Positions 53,596 to 62,108 are shown, numbered from the stretch's first letter. The stretch: DNA of 64,000 nucleotides from Planctomycetota bacterium (GCA_030602705.1 JAUVZF010000004.1:11460-75459); one strand, 5' to 3'. Program-made: numbers and translations. Notes: generated from the letters alone by a model not told the origin.

Positions 53596-54810
53596 TCACC
53601 GCATATATTTCCGCGTCAGGCAGACGATGAACGTCGCCATCAGGCCGGCCCCGAGCGCGGCCTCCGCGCCTGCCAGCAATCGGTAGTCCGGCTTCGGTTT
53701 GAAGTCGCCATACCCCAGCGTCGTGAACGTCACGAGGCTGAAGTATAGACTCTCGCCCAGCGTGGCTGGCTCCGCAACTGCCGCCTCATCGGTCGGGTTC
53801 GCCTCAATCGCATCGAAATGCCAGTAAAGGCCCGTCCAGCAGACGATGACCGCAAGGGCCAATAGAAGCGGGTAGTGCGGCCGCTCGCCGTAACCGAAGA
53901 TGATGCGGCCAAAGAGGAGCCGCCCAAGCCACACCCAGAACGCCCACCGCCACGGCTGGTATCCCGATTCGCCGCGCCTCCGCGCCTCAATCGCACACTG
54001 CTCGGCGTAGTGATACTGCCCCGCCTCCGTATAGTCCCCCCGCGCCTGGGCCGCCTGTTTCGCCAGGCGATAGGCTGTCTCGCCGGCCCAAGTCCAGCGG
54101 AAAGGCCCGCGCCGTCCCCAAAGCCACGAGAATGGCGACGGCGTATCGAACTGGATGTCGGCCCCCGCTTCAAATTTCGCGCCGGAAAACGTGGCCTCCC
54201 TCTGGAAGGTGGCGCCCCTAAACCCGGCCTCCCCCCGGAAGGTGGTGTCCGCGAACCAGGCCACCCCCCGGAAGGCGGCGTCCGCGAACCCGGCCTCCCC
54301 CTGGAAGGTGGCGCCCCTAAACAAGGCTTTCCCCTGGAAGGTGGCGTCCCAAAACCAGGCCTCCCCCTGGAAGGTGGCGTCCCAAAACCCGGCGCCCCTC
54401 TGGAAGGTGGCGCCCAAAAACAAGGCTTTCCCCTGGAAGGTGGCGCCCTCGAACCAAGCCCTCCCCTGGAAGGTGGCGCCTCCAAACGAGGCCTCCCCCT
54501 GGAAGGTGGCGGCGGAAAACCAGGCGCCCCCCTGGAAGGTGGCGTTCTCGAAGCCTTGTTCGTCCGGATCCTCGGGAAAATGCCAGCCGGTGAAGTTTGG
54601 GTCCGGCCCTTCCGCCTTTCGCCGCGCCTCCGCCCAGACTTTTCGTGCCGTCTCTTCCGCCTTGCCGTTTTCCGGCGAGTGGTAAAGGCACCATCCTTCG
54701 GAATCTTCCGCCCAGGCAGAATAGCGGCACTCGGAGATTCGATCCGGACCCTTCCAGGCGCAGGGCTTGCCGCTCGTCGGATAACCGGCCTGTTGCTCGC
54801 TCATGCCCAT
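53596..54810 (-). CDS. pentapeptide-repeat domain fused to a 2-TM K+ channel pore (Ion_trans_2-type, TTLGYGD filter)
   Basis: About 12 consecutive 10-aa units (ATFQGEAWFW / ATFQGKALFR ...) make up roughly 24 pentapeptide repeats. They are followed by TM1 (PLLLALAVIVCWTGLYWHF), pore helix plus filter (LYFSLVTFTTLGYGDF) and TM2 (LLAGAEAALGAGLMATFIVCL). Start at MGMSEQQ (54810 or 54804). Confidence 0.75.
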   Translation of the reverse strand: MGMSEQQAGYPTSGKPCAWKGPDRISECRYSAWAEDSEGWCLYHSPENGKAEETARKVWAEARRKAEGPDPNFTGWHFPEDPDEQGFENATFQGGAWFSAATFQGEASFGGATFQGRAWFEGATFQGKALFLGATFQRGAGFWDATFQGEAWFWDATFQGKALFRGATFQGEAGFADAAFRGVAWFADTTFRGEAGFRGATFQREATFSGAKFEAGADIQFDTPSPFSWLWGRRGPFRWTWAGETAYRLAKQAAQARGDYTEAGQYHYAEQCAIEARRRGESGYQPWRWAFWVWLGRLLFGRIIFGYGERPHYPLLLALAVIVCWTGLYWHFDAIEANPTDEAAVAEPATLGESLYFSLVTFTTLGYGDFKPKPDYRLLAGAEAALGAGLMATFIVCLTRKYMR

Positions 54811-54848
54811 CACGATACGTTGGAGGACCGCCGCACGCAAGCCACGGT

Positions 54849-55568
54849 CTACCTGCCTGCGGCAACCGTGGCAATCGGCTGAGCAGGTGTCTCCCGCCAA
54901 TGCGTGCCGTTATCGGACGAGACGAGGACGCGGTTGCCCTCGATCTTCCAGAGAAACCCTTCCCGTGTCACGGACAGAGCGTTCGCTCGCCCGACCTCCG
55001 CTTGCCGCCCGTGGGAGAAGGTCCACGTCTTCCCGCCGTCCCGTGTGACGAAGACCTGCTGTTCATCCCCCACGATGCACACCTCCGCCTGGAGGATTCC
55101 CACCGACGGTGTGATGAACTCGATGCTCTTCGGACAAGAGAGACAGGTTCCTCGCGTCGGCATCGGGAGATCGCTGCGGGTCCAGGTCGCCCCGCCGTCG
55201 CGGGTTCTCAGCACGAAAGGATCACCCGTGCTCTCCTGGGTCCACGCCCCGGCGGCCCAGCCGTGCCGGGTGTCGAGGAAGAAGATCGCGAGGATCGTGC
55301 TGCGCGGGACAGCCGGCCCGGTCGCGTGCCAGGATCGGCCCCCGTCGGCGGTGCCGTACAGGAAAGAATGGATTGGGCCGGGGGCGGTGCGAACGTCTCC
55401 GCCGACCCACGCGGTCTTCGCATCAAGCGCGAAGATGCAGGCGACGGAGGGGCGGGCATCGTTTGGCAGATCCGGCCACTCAGGCCGGGCCGGTCGATTC
55501 GCCGAGGGCTGCTGGACGCATCCCGCCAACAGGCAGAGGGCGAGGGCGGCGATCGTGGTTCGGTGCAT
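54849..55568 (-). CDS. lipoprotein with BNR/Asp-box repeats (Ycf48/sialidase-like beta-propeller)
   Basis: Lipobox ALCLLAGC. Four S/T-x-D-x-G-x-T/S-W boxes: TADGGRSW, TRDGGATW, TRDGGKTW and SSDNGTHW. Confidence 0.7.
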   Translation of the reverse strand: MHRTTIAALALCLLAGCVQQPSANRPARPEWPDLPNDARPSVACIFALDAKTAWVGGDVRTAPGPIHSFLYGTADGGRSWHATGPAVPRSTILAIFFLDTRHGWAAGAWTQESTGDPFVLRTRDGGATWTRSDLPMPTRGTCLSCPKSIEFITPSVGILQAEVCIVGDEQQVFVTRDGGKTWTFSHGRQAEVGRANALSVTREGFLWKIEGNRVLVSSDNGTHWRETPAQPIATVAAGR

Positions 55569-55670
55569 TTTGCATTCCTCCCTTCGTGTTTGGGAGCAAA
55601 ACGCCGAAAGCCACCCGCTCGGCTTTCGCTTCGCGGCTGCGAGGGTATGCGAACGATCATGGCCGGTACC

Positions 55671-55694
55671 CGGCGGACAGGTCCGCCGGCTAAA
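55671..55694 (-). repeat. variant GTTAGCC-hairpin element (cggcggac-ag-gtccgccg-gctaaa)
   Basis: A 7-bp stem plus a GCTAAA tail, downstream of the gltX stop in minus sense. Confidence 0.55.
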
Positions 55695-55787
55695 TGAGGC
55701 ACATCGATCCGCGCCTCCGGCACACGCAATCCTTCGGGTGTTCTCCGTTGTTCTCTGCGTCCTCCGCGTCCTCTGCGTTAGGAACCT

Positions 55788-57296
55788 CTACGCCAAAGAC
55801 CCGGCCTTCTCGATCGCCTCATCCAGCCGCGCGAGGCACTCGTCGCGGCCGAGGATCTCCATCGTCTCGAACAGCGGCGTGGAGATGCGGCGGCAGGTGA
55901 CGGCGACGCGAAGGGGCATGAACAGGTCGCGGGGTTTCCACTCCATCTCGTCGGCCAGGGCACGCAGGGCCTCTTGGAGCGCCTCGGCCGTCCACTGGCC
56001 GACAGTCTCCTCACCGGCGAAGGCGGAGCGCATCGTTTCGATGGCTGCGAGGACCTCCGGGCCGGTGCGGGTGGGCTTTTTGTTCTTGCCCTTTGTCGGA
56101 AGCAGGTCGGCGGGCTCGTACGGTTCACGGTCGATGAAGAAGCCGACACCTCCGGCAAACTCCGAGAGTTTCCTCAGCCGCTCCTGCATCAGCGTGACGA
56201 TGGCGGTGACCTGCTCCTCGGAGAACTTCTCCGCCAGGCCCGCCGGCATGAAGCCTTCGTCGCGCAGGCGCCGGGCGAGTTCTTCGGCCGAGAGGCGGCG
56301 GATCCACATGCCGCTGAGCCATTCGAACTTTTCCATGTCGAAGACCGGCCCGGTCGTCGTCACGCGGTCCCAGGAGAAGGCTTTGAGGAACTCGTCGCGC
56401 GTAAAGACCTCGCGCCCGTCGGGCATCGAGTGGCCGAGCATCCCGAGGAAGTTGACCACCGCCTCCGGCAGATACCCCTCGCGGCGGTACCACAGGACGT
56501 TCGTGGGCTGGTTGCGCTTCGAGAGTTTCGAGCGGTCCGGGTTGCGGATGAGCGGCATGTGGTAGAACAGCGGTGGGTCCCACCCGAGGGCCTCGTACAG
56601 CAGCACGTGCTTGGGCGTCGAGACGATCCACTCCTCGGCCCGGATGATGTGCGTCACGCCCATCAGGTGGTCGTCCACGACGACCGCCAGGTGATACGTG
56701 GGGAAGCCGTCGCTCTTGACGAGCACCTGGTCGTCGACCTCGCGGTTCTCGATGACGATGGGGCCGCGCAGGCCGTCGGTGAAGCGTGTCTGGCCCTGGA
56801 GCGGCACGGCGAGGCGGACGGTGTGCGGCCGGCCGGCGTCCAGCCGCCGCCTGACTTCATCGGCCGCCAGGCCGCGGCACTTGCGGTCGTACCCGGTCGC
56901 CTGGCCGGCCTTCTGGCGAGCCTTGCGGACCTCGGCGAGCCGTTCGGGGGTGCAGAAACAGCGGTAGGCGTGGCCGCCCTCGATCAGCCGCTCGGCCTGC
57001 TCGCGGTACAGGTCTCCTCGTTCGCTCTGGCGGTACGGTCCGACGGGGCCGCCCACGTCGGGGCCCTCGTCGTGCCTCAAGCCGAGCCAGTTGATGGCCT
57101 GGATGAACGTCTCTTCGGCCCCCTCGACGAAGCGTGTGCGGTCGGTGTCCTCGACGCGCAGGATGAACTGCCCGCCCGCCCGGCGGGCCACGGCCCAATT
57201 GATGAGTGCAACGTACATGTTGCCGATGTGCGGCTCACCCGTGGGGCTGGGGGCGATGCGGGTTCGGACGACGGCGCCGGGGTTGGTCATGGGCAA
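55788..57296 (-). CDS. gltX: glutamate--tRNA ligase
   Basis: RIAPSPTGEPHIGNMYVAL (HIGH), ILRVEDTDRTR and the KLSKR (KMSKS) motif. Confidence 0.9.
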   Translation of the reverse strand: MPMTNPGAVVRTRIAPSPTGEPHIGNMYVALINWAVARRAGGQFILRVEDTDRTRFVEGAEETFIQAINWLGLRHDEGPDVGGPVGPYRQSERGDLYREQAERLIEGGHAYRCFCTPERLAEVRKARQKAGQATGYDRKCRGLAADEVRRRLDAGRPHTVRLAVPLQGQTRFTDGLRGPIVIENREVDDQVLVKSDGFPTYHLAVVVDDHLMGVTHIIRAEEWIVSTPKHVLLYEALGWDPPLFYHMPLIRNPDRSKLSKRNQPTNVLWYRREGYLPEAVVNFLGMLGHSMPDGREVFTRDEFLKAFSWDRVTTTGPVFDMEKFEWLSGMWIRRLSAEELARRLRDEGFMPAGLAEKFSEEQVTAIVTLMQERLRKLSEFAGGVGFFIDREPYEPADLLPTKGKNKKPTRTGPEVLAAIETMRSAFAGEETVGQWTAEALQEALRALADEMEWKPRDLFMPLRVAVTCRRISTPLFETMEILGRDECLARLDEAIEKAGSLA

Positions 57297-57324
57297 AGCG
57301 ATTCCTCGGCTTTACAGCCGGCTG

Positions 57325-57350
57325 CGCGCCGCGCAAGCGCGGCGGCTAAC
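57325..57350 (-). repeat. GTTAGCC-hairpin element, 26/26 identical to 30551-30576; contains the TPR-gene stop codon
   Basis: cgcgccgcgcaagcgcggcggctaac. The cta at 57346-57348 is the TAG stop of the 57346..58377 gene. Confidence 0.85.
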
Positions 57351-58377
57351 CGGTCGGCGTAGGCGGTTTCGGCTTGGCCTCGGGTTTCGCCGCCTTCGCC
57401 GGCTTGGTCGGCGTGGGTGGCTTGATGGGTTTCGCCCACCGGGTCACCTGCTCGCGGATGGTCGGCTGGTCGGGGTTCGTCTCGAGGCTCTTGTGCCACT
57501 GCTCCAGGGCGCTCTGGCGGACGCGGTCCTGCTCGGGGCGCCTCAGGTACAGGATCATGTAGATGGCGGCCAGGCTGTTGCGCGACTCCCAATCGTCGGG
57601 GTGTTTCTCGAGAAGCGGCTGCAACTGCTCGATGGCGGCGCCGTACCATTTCTGCTTGCTGTAGACGTAGGCGAGGCGTTTACGGACGACGGGCGAATCG
57701 GGGTCGAGAGCGGCCGCTTTCTTGAGTTCCTCCAGCGCCAGGTCGTAGCGGCCCTGCCTGAGATAGGCGGTGCCGAGGTTCACGTGGACGGGGCCCTGGT
57801 TCGGATCGATTTTGATGCTCTTGCGGTAGGCGGTCAGCGCGCGGTAGGTGTCGCCCCGGGCATCGTAGACGGCCCCGAGGTTCGACCAGGCGAAGGCGTG
57901 CAGGGGGTCGAGTTCGGTGGCCCGCTCGCAACTGGCCTGGGCCTTCGGCAGTTCGCCCAGGCGGAAGTACACCACGCCCAGATTGACGTGGGCCGGCGTG
58001 TAGTCGGGGTTCAGGTCGATGGCGTTCTCGTAGGTGCCGGAGGCCTCCGTGTCGCGCTCCAGCGCCTGGTACACGCGGCCCAGCCGGTAATGGTACGCGA
58101 ACTCGTACGGCTCGTCGCGGATGGCCCGCTTGTACGGCTTGATGGCCTTCTCGAATTGGCCCTGCTCGCGGTACGCATCGCCGAGTCCGACGTGCGCGAT
58201 GGCAAGCGTCTGGTCGAACTTGATGGCCGACTCGAACTCCTTGAGCGCCTTCTCGAGTTGGCCGGCCTCCATCGCCAGGTATCCCGTACCGTAATGACGG
58301 AGGGCCTCCTGGCGATTGCAGCCGGCCGCCAGGGCGGCCAGGACCAGTACCGTGCCAATTCGCTTCATAGAGTACAT
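57346..58377 (-). CDS. TPR-repeat lipoprotein
   Basis: MKRIGTVLVLAALAAGC lipobox (start 58377 or 58368), then approx 8 TPR units (AIAHVGLGDAYREQGQFEKAIKPYKRAI ...). The C-terminal tail is Pro/Lys-rich. The upstream 58650 extension was rejected because it runs through a REPIN. Confidence 0.8.
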   Translation of the reverse strand: MYSMKRIGTVLVLAALAAGCNRQEALRHYGTGYLAMEAGQLEKALKEFESAIKFDQTLAIAHVGLGDAYREQGQFEKAIKPYKRAIRDEPYEFAYHYRLGRVYQALERDTEASGTYENAIDLNPDYTPAHVNLGVVYFRLGELPKAQASCERATELDPLHAFAWSNLGAVYDARGDTYRALTAYRKSIKIDPNQGPVHVNLGTAYLRQGRYDLALEELKKAAALDPDSPVVRKRLAYVYSKQKWYGAAIEQLQPLLEKHPDDWESRNSLAAIYMILYLRRPEQDRVRQSALEQWHKSLETNPDQPTIREQVTRWAKPIKPPTPTKPAKAAKPEAKPKPPTPTG

Positions 58378-58515
58378 CCTTCCGTTATCGATCCCGCGTA
58401 AGGCGAAGATTCTATCGGCCGGCAGACGGGCTGTCAAAGCAAAGCCGCAACGGGTGAGGCGAAACGCCGGCCGGCCACCGGCCGCGAGGGCCGATACTGG
58501 CGGGCGCAGGCGGTT

Positions 58516-58593
58516 GTAGCGCCGGGGTTTATCCCCGGCGGCCGTTGGCGGCGGCACCGGCCAGGATGCGCCGGGGATAAACCCCGGCGCTAC
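58516..58593. repeat. REPIN: inverted doublet of the REP GTAGCGCCGGGGTTTATCCCCGGCG
   Basis: GTAGCGCCGGGGTTTATCCCCGGCG at 58516-58540 and its exact reverse complement CGCCGGGGATAAACCCCGGCGCTAC at 58569-58593, separated by a 28-nt spacer. Confidence 0.9.
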
Positions 58594-58643
58594 GGCCAAG
58601 CCGCAGGAAATCGTCCACACGCCCGAGCCGGCCACCTCCGCCG

Positions 58644-58673
58644 TTGTCAACCGCCCTTGTGCGCCTCTATAAT
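58644..58673 (+). promoter_or_regulatory. sigma70-type promoter upstream of the sulfatase gene (TTGTCA-N18-TATAAT)
   Basis: TTGTCA at 58644-58649 and TATAAT at 58668-58673. A GGGAGG SD precedes the ATG at 58713. Confidence 0.5.
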
Positions 58674-58712
58674 GCCGCGACTTGGTCTCACGATGCCAGG
58701 GAGGTACCCACG

Positions 58713-60242
58713 ATGAGCGGATGCGACAGACGCGACTTTCTGAAGACGGCGGCGCTCACAGCGGCGGCGGTGGGCATGACGGCGCGGCCGGCTGCGGCCG
58801 AGGCGCGTGCGGCAAGAGGCAAGGCCGGACACGCCGGCGGGCCGAACCTCATCTACGTCTTCGCCGACCAACTCGGCTACACGCGGTGCGGATACGCGGG
58901 CGACGAGAAGGCCGGGACGCCCAACCTCGACGCCTTCGCCGCACAGGGCGTCAACTTCCGCCAGGCCGTCTCCAACATGCCCGTCTGCTCGGCACACCGG
59001 GCGTCGCTACTGACGGGCAAGTACCCCACCACCACCGGCATGGTCATCAACGAGTTGCGCATGCGGACCGACCACGAGTGCGTCGGCCACGTCCTGTCGC
59101 GCGCCGGGTACCAGACCGGTTACATCGGCAAGTGGCACCTGTACGCGAACCAGTTGGGCCGTCACGAGGACCCGAAAAACAGTTTCGTGCCGCCGGGGCC
59201 CAACCGGCTCGGCTTCGACGGGTACTGGGCCGCCTACAACTTCCACCACCGCTACTACAACGCGTACTACCACACGGACTCGCCCGAGAAGATCTCCTAC
59301 GGCAAGGGCGCCTACGAGCCCGACGCGCAGACGGACCTGGCCATCGGATTTCTGGAGAAGGTGGCCAAGTCCGACAAGCCGTTCGCGCTGGTCCTCTCCT
59401 ACGGCACGCCGCACGACCCGTGGGCGCCGAGCAACGTCCCGCCGAAGTACCGTGAGATGTTCCGCGACGCCGCGTTTCCGAACCCGCCCAACTACAAGCC
59501 CGAGAACGACCCCTACGCCGACGGGTGGGGCCGCCTGAATCCCAACCAGCGAAAGAGCCTGTCCACATGGCGGCGGCTCTACTATGCGATGACGGCCAAC
59601 CTCGACTGGAACGTCGGCCGCCTGCTCGCCGCCGTCCGGAAGGCGGGGCTCGCCGACGACACGATCCTCGCGTTCTCCTCCGACCACGGCGAGATGTTCG
59701 GCGCACAGGGCCGGCGGGCCAAGAACACCTTCTACGAGGAAGCCGCACGCGTGCCACTGCTCGTGCGCTGGCCGGGCAGAATCCCCGCGGGAGAAGTCTC
59801 CGACGCATGCATCTCGACCGTGGACATCATGCCCACGCTGCTGTCGCTCGCGGGCCTGGGCGTCCCGAAAGACGCCGAGGGCATGGACCTGGCGCACTGC
59901 GCCCTCGGCAAGAAGGGCCCCGAACCCGACGCCGCCTTCCTCCAGAACACCGGGGCGTGCGCCGCCTGGCAGGACGGCCACGAGTGGCGGGCGCTCCGCG
60001 ACAAACGCTACACCTACGCCATCTATCGCCGCGACAGGTCGGAACTGCTGTTCGACAACGTCGCCGACCCGTACCAGAGGAGAAACCTGGCCGGCGACCC
60101 CGCCCGCAAAGCCACGATGGACCGGTTCCGCGACATGCTCGCAGACAGGATGAAATCCCTGAACGACACGTTCGAGACGTGCACGTGGTACCGCGACAAC
60201 TGGACCCGCGACCGCATCATTCTCCGCGGCGCCAAGGCGTAG
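58713..60242 (+). CDS. sulfatase (formylglycine-dependent), Tat-exported, C-x-A-x-R variant signature
   Basis: Tat signal MSGCDRRDFLKTAALTAAAVG. NLIYVFADQLGY, and the signature PVCSAHRASLLTGKYP. Start at 58713 because the promoter lies inside the listed 58644 ORF. Confidence 0.8.
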   Translation: MSGCDRRDFLKTAALTAAAVGMTARPAAAEARAARGKAGHAGGPNLIYVFADQLGYTRCGYAGDEKAGTPNLDAFAAQGVNFRQAVSNMPVCSAHRASLLTGKYPTTTGMVINELRMRTDHECVGHVLSRAGYQTGYIGKWHLYANQLGRHEDPKNSFVPPGPNRLGFDGYWAAYNFHHRYYNAYYHTDSPEKISYGKGAYEPDAQTDLAIGFLEKVAKSDKPFALVLSYGTPHDPWAPSNVPPKYREMFRDAAFPNPPNYKPENDPYADGWGRLNPNQRKSLSTWRRLYYAMTANLDWNVGRLLAAVRKAGLADDTILAFSSDHGEMFGAQGRRAKNTFYEEAARVPLLVRWPGRIPAGEVSDACISTVDIMPTLLSLAGLGVPKDAEGMDLAHCALGKKGPEPDAAFLQNTGACAAWQDGHEWRALRDKRYTYAIYRRDRSELLFDNVADPYQRRNLAGDPARKATMDRFRDMLADRMKSLNDTFETCTWYRDNWTRDRIILRGAKA

Positions 60243-60341
60243 GCGACGGCATGGGCGCGTGAGTGGCTCAGCGGCGCCGGGCCGACTGGCACGCGCTCGG
60301 GACATAATCGCTGTGGCGTGACTACAAGCCCTGCTCCCCCT

Positions 60342-60370
60342 TTGACATGCCGCCCGCCGGAGCGTATCAT
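60342..60370 (+). promoter_or_regulatory. sigma70-type promoter (TTGACA-N17-TATCAT) upstream of the Cys-rich small gene and pabA/trpG
   Basis: TTGACA at 60342-60347 and TATCAT at 60365-60370. It lies inside the 5' part of the listed 60318 ORF and so excludes the two upstream Met codons. Confidence 0.5.
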
Positions 60371-60395
60371 GGGAGACCTTGGACCTCGGACTTCA

Positions 60396-60617
60396 ATGAG
60401 AAGGGGCAAGCCTGTGACCGTTTGCGAGAACCGGGAGAAGAACCTGGCGGAATGTACGTGTACGTACTCGTGCGACAAGCGGGGCATCTGCTGCGAATGC
60501 GTGGCGCAGCACCGTGCGATGGGCGAGTTGCCCGGCTGCTTCTTCCCGCCGGAGGCCGAGAAGACCTACGATCGCACCATCCGCAAGTTCGTCGAGGTGA
60601 TGCAGGGCCGCGTCTGA
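60396..60617 (+). CDS. small Cys-rich cytoplasmic protein (DUF6485-like)
   Basis: 73 aa. CENREKNLAECTCTYSCDKRGICCECVAQHRAMGELPGCFF has 8 Cys in a fixed pattern that I recognise from a small conserved family. The name is from memory and unverified. Confidence 0.55.
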   Translation: MRRGKPVTVCENREKNLAECTCTYSCDKRGICCECVAQHRAMGELPGCFFPPEAEKTYDRTIRKFVEVMQGRV

Positions 60618-60633
60618 TTGGAAGCGTCCGCCC

Positions 60634-61206
60634 GTGATCGTCCTCATCGACAACTACGATTCGTTCACGTACAACCTCGTCCAGCGTCTGGGTGAACTGG
60701 ACGCGGGGCTCGACCTGCGCGTCTTCCGCAACGACAAGGTGACCCCGGAGGAGGTCGAGGCGCTCGGACCGAGCCACATCATCGTCTCGCCCGGCCCGTG
60801 CACGCCGCGCGAGGGCGGCGTCTCGAACGAGGTCATCCGGCGCTTCGCCGGCAAGGTGCCCCTGATGGGCGTCTGTCTCGGACACCAGTGCGTCGGCTTC
60901 GCGTTCGGCGCCGAGATCGTCCGCAACGACCGGCTGATGCATGGCAAGACCAGTATGATTAACCATGATGGGAGGACCATCTTTGAAGGCATCACGAATC
61001 CGTTCGAAGCGACCCGATACCACAGCCTCATCATCCGGCGCGGCACACTGCCGGAGGACTTCGAGGTCTCGGCCTGGACCGACCAGGACGAGATTATGGG
61101 CATCCGCCATCGCCGATGGCCGCTGGAAGGCGTCCAGTTTCATCCGGAGAGTTTTCTGACGCTCGAGGGGCCGAAGGTCCTCCGGAATTTCCTGCGGATG
61201 TCGTGA
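60634..61206 (+). CDS. glutamine amidotransferase component II of anthranilate / aminodeoxychorismate synthase
   Basis: IVLIDNYDSFTYNLVQ, PLMGVCLGHQ (catalytic Cys) and GVQFHPES (His/Glu), the TrpG/PabA triad family. GTG start. Confidence 0.85.
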   Translation: MIVLIDNYDSFTYNLVQRLGELDAGLDLRVFRNDKVTPEEVEALGPSHIIVSPGPCTPREGGVSNEVIRRFAGKVPLMGVCLGHQCVGFAFGAEIVRNDRLMHGKTSMINHDGRTIFEGITNPFEATRYHSLIIRRGTLPEDFEVSAWTDQDEIMGIRHRRWPLEGVQFHPESFLTLEGPKVLRNFLRMS

Positions 61207-61321
61207 CCTCCCGCGCCGATACAATAGGGCGATGCGGCCGCGCTCGGCGGCTGCGCAAGCGGCTGCGTCAAACGTATAACGTACCGACGGTCAGGGGGCG
61301 AGGAAGTTTCGGAGGTACGAC

Positions 61322-62050
61322 GTGATCCGTTTTCAGTGTACGTGCGGCAAGCAACTGAAGGTAGAGGACACGCTCGCCGGTCGCGCCGCCCGGTGCCCGC
61401 ACTGCGGCACTCAGGTCCAGGTGCCGCAGGCCGAGCCCGAGCCGCTCAGCGGACCGGTGGCCCTCCAGGCCGCCATGCGCGGCAGCCAGGGTGACGCCGC
61501 CTCCGAGGAGGTCCCGACGGTCGAAATGGTTGGCGGCCCTTCCGGCGCTCGGCGGCCGCCCTCGCCGCCCCCGCGGCCCTCGCCGCAGACGGCCCAGGCA
61601 GCCCAGGCCATCAAGGGACTCGATGCACTGGCCAAGGCCGCCGGCCCCGCTCCCACACCTCCCGCCAGGCCGCCGCGCCGCGCCGCGAAGCCGAAGGGGC
61701 GCGGCCGCAAGACGCCCAATATCCCCGACCGCGCCGCCATCCCCAACGGGCGCCTGCCCCCCGTCGCCGGCAACATCCGGAAGGCGGCCATCATCGGAGC
61801 GGTGGCAGCGGTGGTGCTGATCATCATGGCGGTCATCGCCGCCTCGTTTATCGGCAGAGGCGACGTTGAACCCGGCGAGAAACCGTCGGCCGAGACCCCG
61901 TCGGCCGAGACCCCGTCCGCCGAAACGGCCGCCGAACAGCCGGAACGCAGGCGCTTCAAACTCCGCCAGCCCGGGGAACTGTTCGGCGACGTCAACCACG
62001 CGGACGAGGAGAACGACGAAGCCGAGAAGGGCAAGAACCAGCAGCACTAG
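61322..62050 (+). CDS. zinc-ribbon / Pro-rich / single-TM protein, unknown function
   Basis: MIRFQCTCGKQLKVEDTLAGRAARCPHCGTQVQV (CxC..CxxC ribbon), a Pro/Ala-rich linker, a TM segment (AAIIGAVAAVVLIIMAVIAASFI) and an acidic tail. GTG start. Confidence 0.55.
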   Translation: MIRFQCTCGKQLKVEDTLAGRAARCPHCGTQVQVPQAEPEPLSGPVALQAAMRGSQGDAASEEVPTVEMVGGPSGARRPPSPPPRPSPQTAQAAQAIKGLDALAKAAGPAPTPPARPPRRAAKPKGRGRKTPNIPDRAAIPNGRLPPVAGNIRKAAIIGAVAAVVLIIMAVIAASFIGRGDVEPGEKPSAETPSAETPSAETAAEQPERRRFKLRQPGELFGDVNHADEENDEAEKGKNQQH

Positions 62051-62108
62051 TTGGCGTGCCTGACTAGCCGCGACCGTAAGGGAGCGGTGCCGTCCGATGG
62101 CATTTCTG

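Noticed and set aside
54150-54565. CRISPR-like 30-nt periodicity
   Set aside because: The periodic units are contiguous (no spacers) and lie in frame within a long ORF encoding textbook pentapeptide repeats.
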